Both the position numbers and the translations under genes were made by a program. From an uncultured Arcobacteraceae bacterium (GTDB taxonomy: Bacteria > Campylobacterota > Campylobacteria > Campylobacterales > Arcobacteraceae), in the NCBI GenBank assembly GCA_964022095.1, contig CAXHZO010000007.1, forward strand, positions 1 to 64,000: 64,000 nucleotides of DNA, in the 5' to 3' direction. Below the pieces are notes generated by a model. The model saw only the letters and a program-made list of their open reading frames with translations, had not been told where the DNA came from and searched no databases. Every line of letters starts with the position of its first letter. The first letter of the stretch is position 1. Below are positions 19,464 through 27,626 of this stretch, piece by piece.

Positions 19464-19765
19464 TCAAATTTACCTTTTGGTAGTTTTTTTAATAGTTTTT
19501 CAATTACAAAAAAACCAAATGGAATTAAAGATAATACAAATAATTGGAAAGTTAATCCAGTATCCCATTTATATCTTCTTTTAGCCAAAAATAAAACTAT
19601 CATAAAAAGTATAAATAAAACCCCATGAGTCATTCCTACTATCTTAACAGGATATGGGTTTTCTCCAATATATTTTATTGGCATTGCTATAAATATAAGT
19701 ATAAGATAAGATAATCCTTCAATATATGATATCAATCTAAATCTTGAAAATGCGTTATTTAACAT
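19460..19765 (-). CDS. DUF3817 family membrane protein
   Basis: FRLISYIEGLSYLIL, AMPIKY, GMTHGVLF, SLIPFG. Confidence 0.88.
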   Translation of the reverse strand: MLNNAFSRFRLISYIEGLSYLILIFIAMPIKYIGENPYPVKIVGMTHGVLFILFMIVLFLAKRRYKWDTGLTFQLFVLSLIPFGFFVIEKLLKKLPKGKFE

Positions 19766-19896
19766 AGGCTTCCTTTTTAATAAAAAAAGATTATATAAAA
19801 TTTTTGTTAATCAAGGGTTAATTTGCTAAGATAACTCTATGAATTATAATAAAATTATCTTTGCTTTACTAATGTTATATATCTTAGCAGATATGG

Positions 19897-21000
19897 CTAA
19901 TACTTACTTTTTTTAATCATTTTAGAAAATAGTGGTATTACTTTTACTGCAATATATCCAACTATTCCACCAAGAATAATTTCACTTAAAAAGCCTCCTA
20001 AAGGAATTGTATTTAAGATATTCTCAATTGAATAAAGTACATGCGTTTCATGGGCTATAATTCCACCACCAACAGCTAACATTGCAATTGTTCCTACTAT
20101 TCCAATTACTTTTATAAGTTTTGGCATTGCTTTTACAAAAAGTGTTCCAATAGCTTGAGATAAAGCACTTTTTTTCTCTTGCAAATAAAACCCAATATCA
20201 TCAAGTTTTATAATAAATGCAACGATACCATATACAAATATAGTAGCTAAAATTCCAATTAGAATTAAAACAGAAAGTTTAGTTATAAAATCACTTTGCA
20301 CAACTAAGTTTAATGTAATAACAATAATTTCAAAAGATAAAATAAAATCTGTTTTTATTGCACCTTTGATTTTCTCTTCTTCAAGTTTTTCTGTAGATAG
20401 TTCTTTAATAGTATCTTTATCTTCATTTTTTTCATGATGATGTCCAAGTTTTTCTAAAATACTCTCAACACCCTCATAAGCTAAATATATTCCCCCAACA
20501 ATTAATACAGGTGCAATAAGCCAAGGAACTAAATAACTCATTAATAAAACAATAGGAATAATTATAAATTTGTTTTTAAAACTACCTAATGCAATTTTAT
20601 AAACAATGGGTAATTCTCTTTTTGCAGCATTTCTTTTTGCTTCATTTATAGCTTTTACTCTAATTTGTTCAAGCTCTTTTAGTACTTCTTCTTGTTCTTG
20701 TTTTGAAAGTTTTTGGATATTGTCTTTTAATTCATTTGCATTCTTTGCATCTCTTAGCTCTTTTTTTAATATATCAGATGTAGTTTCATTTGTAAAACTA
20801 GCAATTGCAGCTAAATCATCAACTACAAGTCCAGATGACTTAACACTTGCAAGTTTTGTGTATGTTACAATATCATCAAATAATACTCCTACATCATCAA
20901 GTGATGTTGCAAGAGAAGTTGTTGCAGTTGATACAGACTTACTTGCTAAAGAGCCAATATCATCAGCTAATAAAGATAAATATCCTAATAAACCAGCCAT
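19897..21000 (-). CDS. DUF808 (YedI-like) inner membrane protein
   Basis: RELPIVYKIALGSFKNK, GGIYLAYEGVE, GAIKTDFILSFEI, IKLDDIG, GTIAMLAVGGGII. Confidence 0.88.
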   Translation of the reverse strand: MAGLLGYLSLLADDIGSLASKSVSTATTSLATSLDDVGVLFDDIVTYTKLASVKSSGLVVDDLAAIASFTNETTSDILKKELRDAKNANELKDNIQKLSKQEQEEVLKELEQIRVKAINEAKRNAAKRELPIVYKIALGSFKNKFIIIPIVLLMSYLVPWLIAPVLIVGGIYLAYEGVESILEKLGHHHEKNEDKDTIKELSTEKLEEEKIKGAIKTDFILSFEIIVITLNLVVQSDFITKLSVLILIGILATIFVYGIVAFIIKLDDIGFYLQEKKSALSQAIGTLFVKAMPKLIKVIGIVGTIAMLAVGGGIIAHETHVLYSIENILNTIPLGGFLSEIILGGIVGYIAVKVIPLFSKMIKKSKY

Positions 21001-21070
21001 TTGTTTCCTTTAAAGAATAATTTTTTATGACATTTTATTCAAAAAGCTTTTAGGAGTATATTATTTTTAG

Positions 21071-22690
21071 TTAATTTTTTAGTTCAATTATAAATTCACT
21101 ACCATTGTTAGATGTAATAACACTTAGTTTTCCATTCATATTTTGTTCAATAATAGTTTTAGCCATATATAAACCAATACCTGTTCCATTGTTATTTGAT
21201 TTAGTAGTAAAGTAAGGTTCAAAAACTTTATTTAAGATCTCTTCTTTTATTCCATTTGCATTATCTTTTACTGATATAAATACACTATTTTCTTGATTAT
21301 ATGTACTGATTTTTATTATAGGTTTTTTGATTTTATTTTCTACAAGAGCATCTTTAGCATTTGATATAAGGATTAAAAAAACCTGAGAAAGTTCGTTTTC
21401 TAGTGCAAAAACTTCAGGTATTTTTTCTTGAAACTCTTTTTCAATAATTATATTAGAATTTTGTAAAGTTGCATTTATTATTTCTAAACTATTTAAAATT
21501 GTAGTATTTATAAAAAAATGATTTTTCATTTTTGATGGCTTGAAAAAGTTTCTAAAGTCATCAATAGTAGTTGACATTTTTTCTATTAGTAATTTGGCTT
21601 TACTTTGATTTTTATTCATAAATTCATCATTTAAATCACCTATTTTATAGGCAAACTCTAAGTTTTGAATAATCATCGATAATGCATTTAATGGTTGTCT
21701 CCATTGGTGAGCAATATTTCCAATCATTTCTCCCATACTTGCAAGTTTTGATTGTTGTATTAATATTTGTTCTTGTTCTCTTCTTTTATTTAGCTCTTTT
21801 TGTATTCTTTTTTCTAAGTCTTTATTTATTTTATCTTGAAAAGAGATGAATCGTATAAAAATTAAATACATTATTAAACTTAAAATTGAAATTATAATAT
21901 TGTATATGATAATCTGTCTTTTACCTTCTAAATAAATATCTCTACTTTCTATATAAGAAAGAGTCATTAAATCTTTTCCACTACTACTTAAAAAGTGTAT
22001 ATGATTTATAATTTCTTTATTTGAGTATGAAATATCAATATATAGTTTTTTGAAATAATCATTGGATAAATCAATATCGATTATTCCTTCATATGGTATT
22101 TTATTATCTACAGTAATTTTTTTCTTAAATAAGACATTTAATTCATCAGGTTTCAATCTTGTTCCTGAAATTATGAATCCTTGTTCTAGTCCAGTTTCAT
22201 TAGATTTAGTAATTTGTGATTTTGATATTAAATATACTTTATTATTTATAGGTAAAATTAGATCATTTGATTGTTTTTTTAAATTAGTTACTAGTTCTTC
22301 AATAATTTTATTTTTTGTTTTTACTTGTATTTCATTTAAAAAGCTAGAAAATACAATATCATTTTTTTTATTTATAAAAATTATAAAATCAAGATCTAAA
22401 TTTTCAATAGTTGATGAGTCTGCAAAATTATTAGTAATATATTGTAAGTTTTTATTTTGAATAAACTCATAAGTATCATCCCATTGAGCATAATCAATAG
22501 TTATAGAATTTATGTTTTCAATTTTTGTATTTATTTTGTCAATTATTGATTTAAGATCTTTTGTATTTTGTTTTAACTCAAGATCAGTATAACTTTTTAT
22601 AAAAAAATTAAAACTAATTACATTAGTAAAAATTATAAAAATAATAATAGCAATAAATAAAAAATATCCATTATATAGTTTTTTTAAAAT
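21071..22690 (-). CDS. CHASE4-domain sensor histidine kinase (orphan), probable ATT start
   Basis: Frame read codon by codon is open from 22699 to the TTG at 22156 and encodes a TM helix plus DYAQWDDTYEF; H-box MGEMIGNIAHQWRQP, FEPYFTTK, GTGIGLY. Confidence 0.85.
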   Translation of the reverse strand: MLKKLYNGYFLFIAIIIFIIFTNVISFNFFIKSYTDLELKQNTKDLKSIIDKINTKIENINSITIDYAQWDDTYEFIQNKNLQYITNNFADSSTIENLDLDFIIFINKKNDIVFSSFLNEIQVKTKNKIIEELVTNLKKQSNDLILPINNKVYLISKSQITKSNETGLEQGFIISGTRLKPDELNVLFKKKITVDNKIPYEGIIDIDLSNDYFKKLYIDISYSNKEIINHIHFLSSSGKDLMTLSYIESRDIYLEGKRQIIIYNIIISILSLIMYLIFIRFISFQDKINKDLEKRIQKELNKRREQEQILIQQSKLASMGEMIGNIAHQWRQPLNALSMIIQNLEFAYKIGDLNDEFMNKNQSKAKLLIEKMSTTIDDFRNFFKPSKMKNHFFINTTILNSLEIINATLQNSNIIIEKEFQEKIPEVFALENELSQVFLILISNAKDALVENKIKKPIIKISTYNQENSVFISVKDNANGIKEEILNKVFEPYFTTKSNNNGTGIGLYMAKTIIEQNMNGKLSVITSNNGSEFIIELKN

Positions 22691-22798
22691 GATAATATCC
22701 TAATAATAACTTTTAAATGATTATACAATATTAAATTTAATAGTACAAATATAAATTTAATTGTAAAATAATCCAATGATTATACAAAGGAGAGAGTT

Positions 22799-23137
22799 AT
22801 GAATAATACAGCTAAAATTTTGTGGACAACAGATAATAAAGAAACATCCTTAAATATGGTGTGTTTATACGCACACAATGCAAAAAAATTAGGATGGGTA
22901 GAAAATGTTCAAGTTCTTATTTGGGGAGCTTCTCAACAATTAATTGCAAATGATAAAGAAATGCAAAAAAAAGTTAAATCAATGATTAATGATGGAGTTG
23001 AAGTAATTGCTTGTCAAAAATGTGCAGAAAATCTAGGAATAGTAGATGAACTTAAAACTTGTGATATGCAAGTTTACTACACAGGTGAGTTATTAAGTTC
23101 TTGGGTAAAAGAAGGTAGTAGTATAATTAGTGTTTAA
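22799..23137 (+). CDS. DsrE-family protein
   Basis: VQVLIWGAS, GVEVIACQKCA; strong AAGGAG RBS. Confidence 0.8.
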   Translation: MNNTAKILWTTDNKETSLNMVCLYAHNAKKLGWVENVQVLIWGASQQLIANDKEMQKKVKSMINDGVEVIACQKCAENLGIVDELKTCDMQVYYTGELLSSWVKEGSSIISV

Positions 23138-23205
23138 ACTGACAAATAATAGCTATTAAATTTACAAATCTTTTAGTAAAATAAAAAAAAATTAAAAGGT
23201 TTGTA

Positions 23206-23727
23206 ATGAAAAATATAATTAAAACTATTCTTTTATCTTTTGTTGTAGTTTTATTTACTGCATGTTCTCCAAAATATCCAGATTTACCAACTACAAAAAA
23301 TGTTGATCTAAATAAATATTTAGGTACTTGGTATGAAATAGCAAGATATGAGCATTTCTTTGAGAAAGGCTGTAAAAATGTTACAGCTAATTATTCTTTA
23401 AGAGAAGATGGAGACTTAAATGTTATAAATAAATGTACAAAGATTGAAACTAATAAAGAAACAAAAGCAACAGGAGTTGCTTACTCTACAAATGATGTAA
23501 ATACAAAACTAAAAGTTAGTTTTTTTAGACCATTTTGGGGTGATTATTGGATATTAATGTTAGCAGATGACTACTCTTACGCAGTTGTAGGAACACCTTC
23601 AAGAGAGTATTTATGGATATTATCAAGAACTTCAAAGATTAGTGAAGATTTAAAAAATCTGATTTTAACTAAGCTTCCAGATTTAGGATTTCCAACTAAT
23701 AAACTTATTTGGACAATACAAGATTAA
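23206..23727 (+). CDS. blc: Outer-membrane lipoprotein lipocalin Blc
   Basis: Lipobox FTAC, YLGTWYEIARY, LKVSFFRPFWGDYWIL, YLWILSR. Confidence 0.93.
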   Translation: MKNIIKTILLSFVVVLFTACSPKYPDLPTTKNVDLNKYLGTWYEIARYEHFFEKGCKNVTANYSLREDGDLNVINKCTKIETNKETKATGVAYSTNDVNTKLKVSFFRPFWGDYWILMLADDYSYAVVGTPSREYLWILSRTSKISEDLKNLILTKLPDLGFPTNKLIWTIQD

Positions 23728-23841
23728 AAATAAAATCAAAAAGCTACGTTATTGTTACGTTTGTTTTATATAGTGTTATTAACGGTTTCATCTGAAGGAG
23801 AGAGCTGATGATTCATTTGATTAAGAAGTTTAAATAGCAAG

Positions 23842-24477
23842 TTAGAGATTTTTCAAAATCTCTAGTTGTTCCTCTTTTGAATAGTTAAATCTAAATTCAC
23901 ACTCTTTTAAATAAAAGAAAAAATACTCATAATCAATTCCCTTATACTTTTTCAAAGATTCCTCTAAATATTTCCAAAAATCATATAGCTTTGTTTTATA
24001 AGACTCTTTAGAGTAAATTTTATGCCAGTTTAAATACTTCTCATACTCACTACCACTTAGGGATTCTCTTCTATGTTTTAAGTTTGGCATTAATAGTGTG
24101 TATACTTTACTGTTACTGTAAAAGCCTATTATATTTATAGCTTCATAAAGTGATTTTATTTTTTTTAGTTTTTGTTTTGAGGTGAAGTAATAGTACTCTT
24201 CATAATCACTATAATCTTTTGGTAATGAGTTATACTCATCTTCTAAGAACTGAGGAAGTTTTCCTCTTAATTCATCATATCTGTTTTTAACAGTTTTATA
24301 ATTTAGTTTAAGTTCATTTGATAACTCTAGAGCTGTTTTATTTTTTATAAAACCATTTATGATTTGTTCATTTCTTTTTAGTTTTTTTAAGGAATACTTT
24401 TTTGCACATTTTTTGCATTTTATATATTCATTTGCTAAAGTATAAAAAGTTTGATTTTTACAGTTTTTACATATCAT
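23842..24477 (-). CDS. IS1595-family transposase-derived protein (Zn ribbon + HTH, degenerate DDE); possible domesticated regulator
   Basis: CKNC..CKKC Zn ribbon, TALELSNELKLNYKTV HTH, SKVYT, FW..L...KYKGI....F..YLKECEFRFN IS1595/IS1016 C-terminal motif; catalytic segments altered or absent. Confidence 0.75.
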   Translation of the reverse strand: MICKNCKNQTFYTLANEYIKCKKCAKKYSLKKLKRNEQIINGFIKNKTALELSNELKLNYKTVKNRYDELRGKLPQFLEDEYNSLPKDYSDYEEYYYFTSKQKLKKIKSLYEAINIIGFYSNSKVYTLLMPNLKHRRESLSGSEYEKYLNWHKIYSKESYKTKLYDFWKYLEESLKKYKGIDYEYFFFYLKECEFRFNYSKEEQLEILKNL

Positions 24478-24505
24478 AGTGCTATTTTATCATGATTTAT
24501 ATACT

Positions 24506-24527
24506 TTTTGTTCTAAAAGTACATAAG
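24506..24527. promoter_or_regulatory. 22-bp quasi-palindromic operator, copy 1 (divergent promoter of the transposase-like gene and Ni-import operon)
   Basis: TTTTGTTC-TAAAA-GTACATAA-G; 21/22 identical to 36184-36205; 14 nt upstream of TATAAT (24542-24547). Confidence 0.75.
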
Positions 24528-24604
24528 TAAAGGATAAAATTTATAATGGTATAACATCATCATCAATATAATCTAAATTATTTTATTACAAAAGGTCAAA
24601 AATT

Positions 24605-25327
24605 ATGAAAAAACTTTTATTATTAACATCATCTGCTATTATTACTTTAAATGCTCATTTTTTAACATTTATTCCAAGTAGCGATAATATTACAAATAAA
24701 AACCAATCAAAAATACAATTTGATATATCATTTATTCATCCCTTTGAACAAACTGGTATGACACTAGAAAAACCTGAAGTTTTTGTAAATAGTAAAGAAA
24801 ATAAATTATCTTTAACTCAAGCAAAAAAATTTGATCATAAGGCATGGAAAAGTACTTATGAAGTTAAAAGACCAGGAGTTAATAAGTTCTTTGTTCAGCC
24901 ACAACCATATTTTGAACCAGCAGAAGAGAAGTTTATCTCTCATGTTCCAAAAGTAATTATTAGCTCTTTTGGATTAGAAGATGGTTGGGATGAGCCTGTT
25001 GGCTTAAAGTATGAGATAATTCCTATGACAAAACCATTTGCTCTTTATAGTGGAAATTTATTTCAAGGTAAGGTATTACATGATGGCAAACCAGCAGCTA
25101 ATACAGAAGTTGAAGTAGAGCTATATAATGAATTTGGACTAAAAGCACCAAGTGATGCTCATATTACACAAGTTGTTAATACTGATGATAATGGTGTGTT
25201 TTCATTTACAATGAATCATAAAGGATGGTGGGGCTTTGCTGCACTTATAGAAGAGGGTGAATTAGAACATAAAGGAAAAAAATATCCTGTAGAAAATGGT
25301 GCATTAATGTGGATAAAGGCTTATTAG
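24605..25327 (+). CDS. DUF4198 family periplasmic component (NikK/CbiK-like) of a Ni/Co ECF transporter
   Basis: Signal peptide then AHF, FIHPFEQ, PYFEPAEEKFISH, GWDEPVGL, GWWGFAAL; first gene of the cbiMQO operon. Confidence 0.85.
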   Translation: MKKLLLLTSSAIITLNAHFLTFIPSSDNITNKNQSKIQFDISFIHPFEQTGMTLEKPEVFVNSKENKLSLTQAKKFDHKAWKSTYEVKRPGVNKFFVQPQPYFEPAEEKFISHVPKVIISSFGLEDGWDEPVGLKYEIIPMTKPFALYSGNLFQGKVLHDGKPAANTEVEVELYNEFGLKAPSDAHITQVVNTDDNGVFSFTMNHKGWWGFAALIEEGELEHKGKKYPVENGALMWIKAY

Positions 25328-25328
25328 T

Positions 25329-25922
25329 ATGCATATATCAGATGGTGTTTTAAGTTTAGAAACAACAGTAATTGTTTCAGTTGTTTCTTTACTGGCTTTA
25401 ATAAAAGCAATAAAAGATTTAAAAAATGAAGATATATCACTAACAGCAGTAGCTAGTGCTATGTTCTTTATAGCTTCTTTTATACATATACCTTTTGGCT
25501 TAACACAAATACATTTGATTTTATTAGGTGTTATAGGAATACTTATTTCATGGAGTAGTTTTGTGGCTATTTTTGTAGCCTTATTGCTTCAAGCACTTTT
25601 ATTAGGTTATGGAGGAATTACTAGCTTAGGGGTGAATTTATTTATTATGGCAACACCTGCACTTATAGTGTATTATTTATATAACATGCAAATCGTAAAA
25701 AAAATAAATGAAAAGATAAAGTTCTTTTTAGTTGGATTTTTGGGAACTTTTTTTGCTACGCTTTTCCTAACTTTAATATTATATTTTTCAAAAGAAGAAT
25801 ATAATTACGCTGCATATACAATATTTTCTGTAAATATTGTAACAATGATTATAGAAGGTTTAGTAAGTATGTTTTTATTACTATTTATTAAAAAAGTCTA
25901 TCCAAAAATATTGAAGGATTAA
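25329..25922 (+). CDS. cbiM: Ni/Co ECF transporter substrate-capture component CbiM/NikM
   Basis: N-terminal MHISDG metal-binding motif, FIHIP, LQALLLGYGGITSLGVN. Confidence 0.93.
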   Translation: MHISDGVLSLETTVIVSVVSLLALIKAIKDLKNEDISLTAVASAMFFIASFIHIPFGLTQIHLILLGVIGILISWSSFVAIFVALLLQALLLGYGGITSLGVNLFIMATPALIVYYLYNMQIVKKINEKIKFFLVGFLGTFFATLFLTLILYFSKEEYNYAAYTIFSVNIVTMIIEGLVSMFLLLFIKKVYPKILKD

Positions 25923-25923
25923 T

Positions 25924-26334
25924 TTGCGATTATTAGTAATATTACTTTTTATAATTACATTTTCAAGTGCACATAAAATCAATCTTTTTGTAACAACTCT
26001 TGATAATAAATTAGAAATATATTCATATTTTGCAAATGGTTCACCATGCAAAAACTGTAGTTTTACTATAAAAAATAAAGAAAAAATTGTATTTCAAAAT
26101 ACTCTTAATGATAAAGGAATATATTTATATACTCCAAAACATGAAAAAATAGAAATTACAATTGACGCAAATAGCGGACATATTACAAAACAAACGGTTG
26201 TTGTTGATAATATAAAACATGAAGATATCAAAAAACAACAAAATAAAGAAGAAAAAGATAAGTATTTTAAAATACTTATTGGATTAATTTTGATATTTAT
26301 TCTTTTCTTTTTGTTAAAAAGATTTAAAAAATGA
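25924..26334 (+). CDS. CbiL/NikL-like auxiliary component of the Ni/Co ECF transporter
   Basis: Signal peptide then AHKINLF, YFANG, SGH, C-terminal TM; lies between cbiM and cbiQ. Confidence 0.75.
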   Translation: MRLLVILLFIITFSSAHKINLFVTTLDNKLEIYSYFANGSPCKNCSFTIKNKEKIVFQNTLNDKGIYLYTPKHEKIEITIDANSGHITKQTVVVDNIKHEDIKKQQNKEEKDKYFKILIGLILIFILFFLLKRFKK

Positions 26335-26978
26335 GTAAAGAGTCAATAAATTTAATAAGTGCTTTTCTTTATTCTTTAGTCGTAGCTTTTTCCCCTTTAG
26401 AGTATCTGTTTTTATTACCAGTTTTAATTGCATTAATTATTGAAAAACAACATATAAAAGCTATTTTACAAAAACTATTTTTTCTGAATTTTTTTATATT
26501 AGTTTTAGTTTTGTTTGTGTTGTTTCAAAATAAGCAAGAAGCTATAGATTTACTATTTAGAACAAACTTAATTTTATTTTTTAATCTTGCAATATTTTAT
26601 AGCTCTAAAGGTTATGATATTGTAAGAGGATTAGATAGCTTAAATTTTCCATCAAAAGTAGTTAGTGTATTTTATTTCACATTATCTCTTATAGATTACT
26701 TGCTAATGGATTTAAAAAAAACAAAACAAAGTCTAAAAGCTAGAAGTTTTAGTGCAAATACATCACTATTTACATACCAAACTTATGGTAATATTTTTGC
26801 AATGATATTTATAAAAGCACTTAAAAAATCAGAAGATATGAAATATAGTATGAGTGCTAGGGGATTTGAAGATAAAATTTATTTTTTAAATTCAAACAAA
26901 ATTGAAGTGTCTCAAAAACTATTATTTATATCAATTTGTCTAATAATTTTAAAGGTAACCTATGAGTTGTTCAGTTAA
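26331..26978 (+). CDS. cbiQ: ECF transmembrane T component CbiQ/NikQ
   Basis: Hydrophobic, with LKARSF and MSARGF coupling motifs. Confidence 0.88.
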   Translation: MSKESINLISAFLYSLVVAFSPLEYLFLLPVLIALIIEKQHIKAILQKLFFLNFFILVLVLFVLFQNKQEAIDLLFRTNLILFFNLAIFYSSKGYDIVRGLDSLNFPSKVVSVFYFTLSLIDYLLMDLKKTKQSLKARSFSANTSLFTYQTYGNIFAMIFIKALKKSEDMKYSMSARGFEDKIYFLNSNKIEVSQKLLFISICLIILKVTYELFS

Positions 26979-27612
26979 TCTACGATCAATATCTTATAAA
27001 AATGATAAGAAAGAGCTATTTAAAAATATAAATTTAAATTTAGGTCATGAAGAAAAAATAGCGATTATTGGTTCAAATGGTAGTGGTAAAAGTACATTAC
27101 TTAAAATAATTGCAGGATTGATTGAACCTACAGATGGCTATTTAGAATTATTTCATAATAAAATCAATACTTTAAAAGAGTATAAAAAGTATAGAAATGA
27201 AATAGCTTATTTACCTCAAGATGTAACAAATCATTTTTTATGCCCAACTGTTATGGAAGATGTAATATTTACACTAAGAGCAAAAGGTGAGTCAAAAGAA
27301 ATTGCTTTACAAAAAGCAGATGAGATTTTAAATGATCTTGAAATATCTCATTTAAAAAATAGGGTTATATTTGATTTAAGTGGAGGTGAACAAAAAATTG
27401 TTGCACTTGCAGGATTATTAATTTTAAAGCCAAAGATATTATTACTTGACGAACCTACAAATGCTTTAGATGAAGAATCTGAAAGAAAAATTGTTAAGAT
27501 ATTAAACTCAATAAAAAAATCCATGATTATTGTTTCACATCATAAAAGTTTTATTGAAAGATTAACTCCTACAATTTGCAAGCTACATAATAGTAGTTTA
27601 GAAAACTTATAA
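26962..27612 (+). CDS. cbiO: ECF ATPase CbiO/NikO
   Basis: GSNGSGKST, LSGGEQK, LLLDEPT. Confidence 0.9.
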   Translation: MSCSVNLRSISYKNDKKELFKNINLNLGHEEKIAIIGSNGSGKSTLLKIIAGLIEPTDGYLELFHNKINTLKEYKKYRNEIAYLPQDVTNHFLCPTVMEDVIFTLRAKGESKEIALQKADEILNDLEISHLKNRVIFDLSGGEQKIVALAGLLILKPKILLLDEPTNALDEESERKIVKILNSIKKSMIIVSHHKSFIERLTPTICKLHNSSLENL

Positions 27613-27626
27613 TAAAAGAGAAATAT

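Noticed and set aside
22062-22460. Plus-strand 132-aa ORF, or a frameshift in the CHASE4 kinase
   Set aside because: The ORF is the antisense shadow of the kinase N-terminus; codon-by-codon reading shows the minus frame is uninterrupted.
23842-24477. Active IS1595 insertion sequence
   Set aside because: The catalytic motifs look degenerate and no terminal inverted repeats or target duplication were visible, so it is reported as a derived CDS.
24478-24604. Cobalamin or NiCo riboswitch before the ECF operon
   Set aside because: The leader is short, very AT-rich and lacks paired GC-rich stems.
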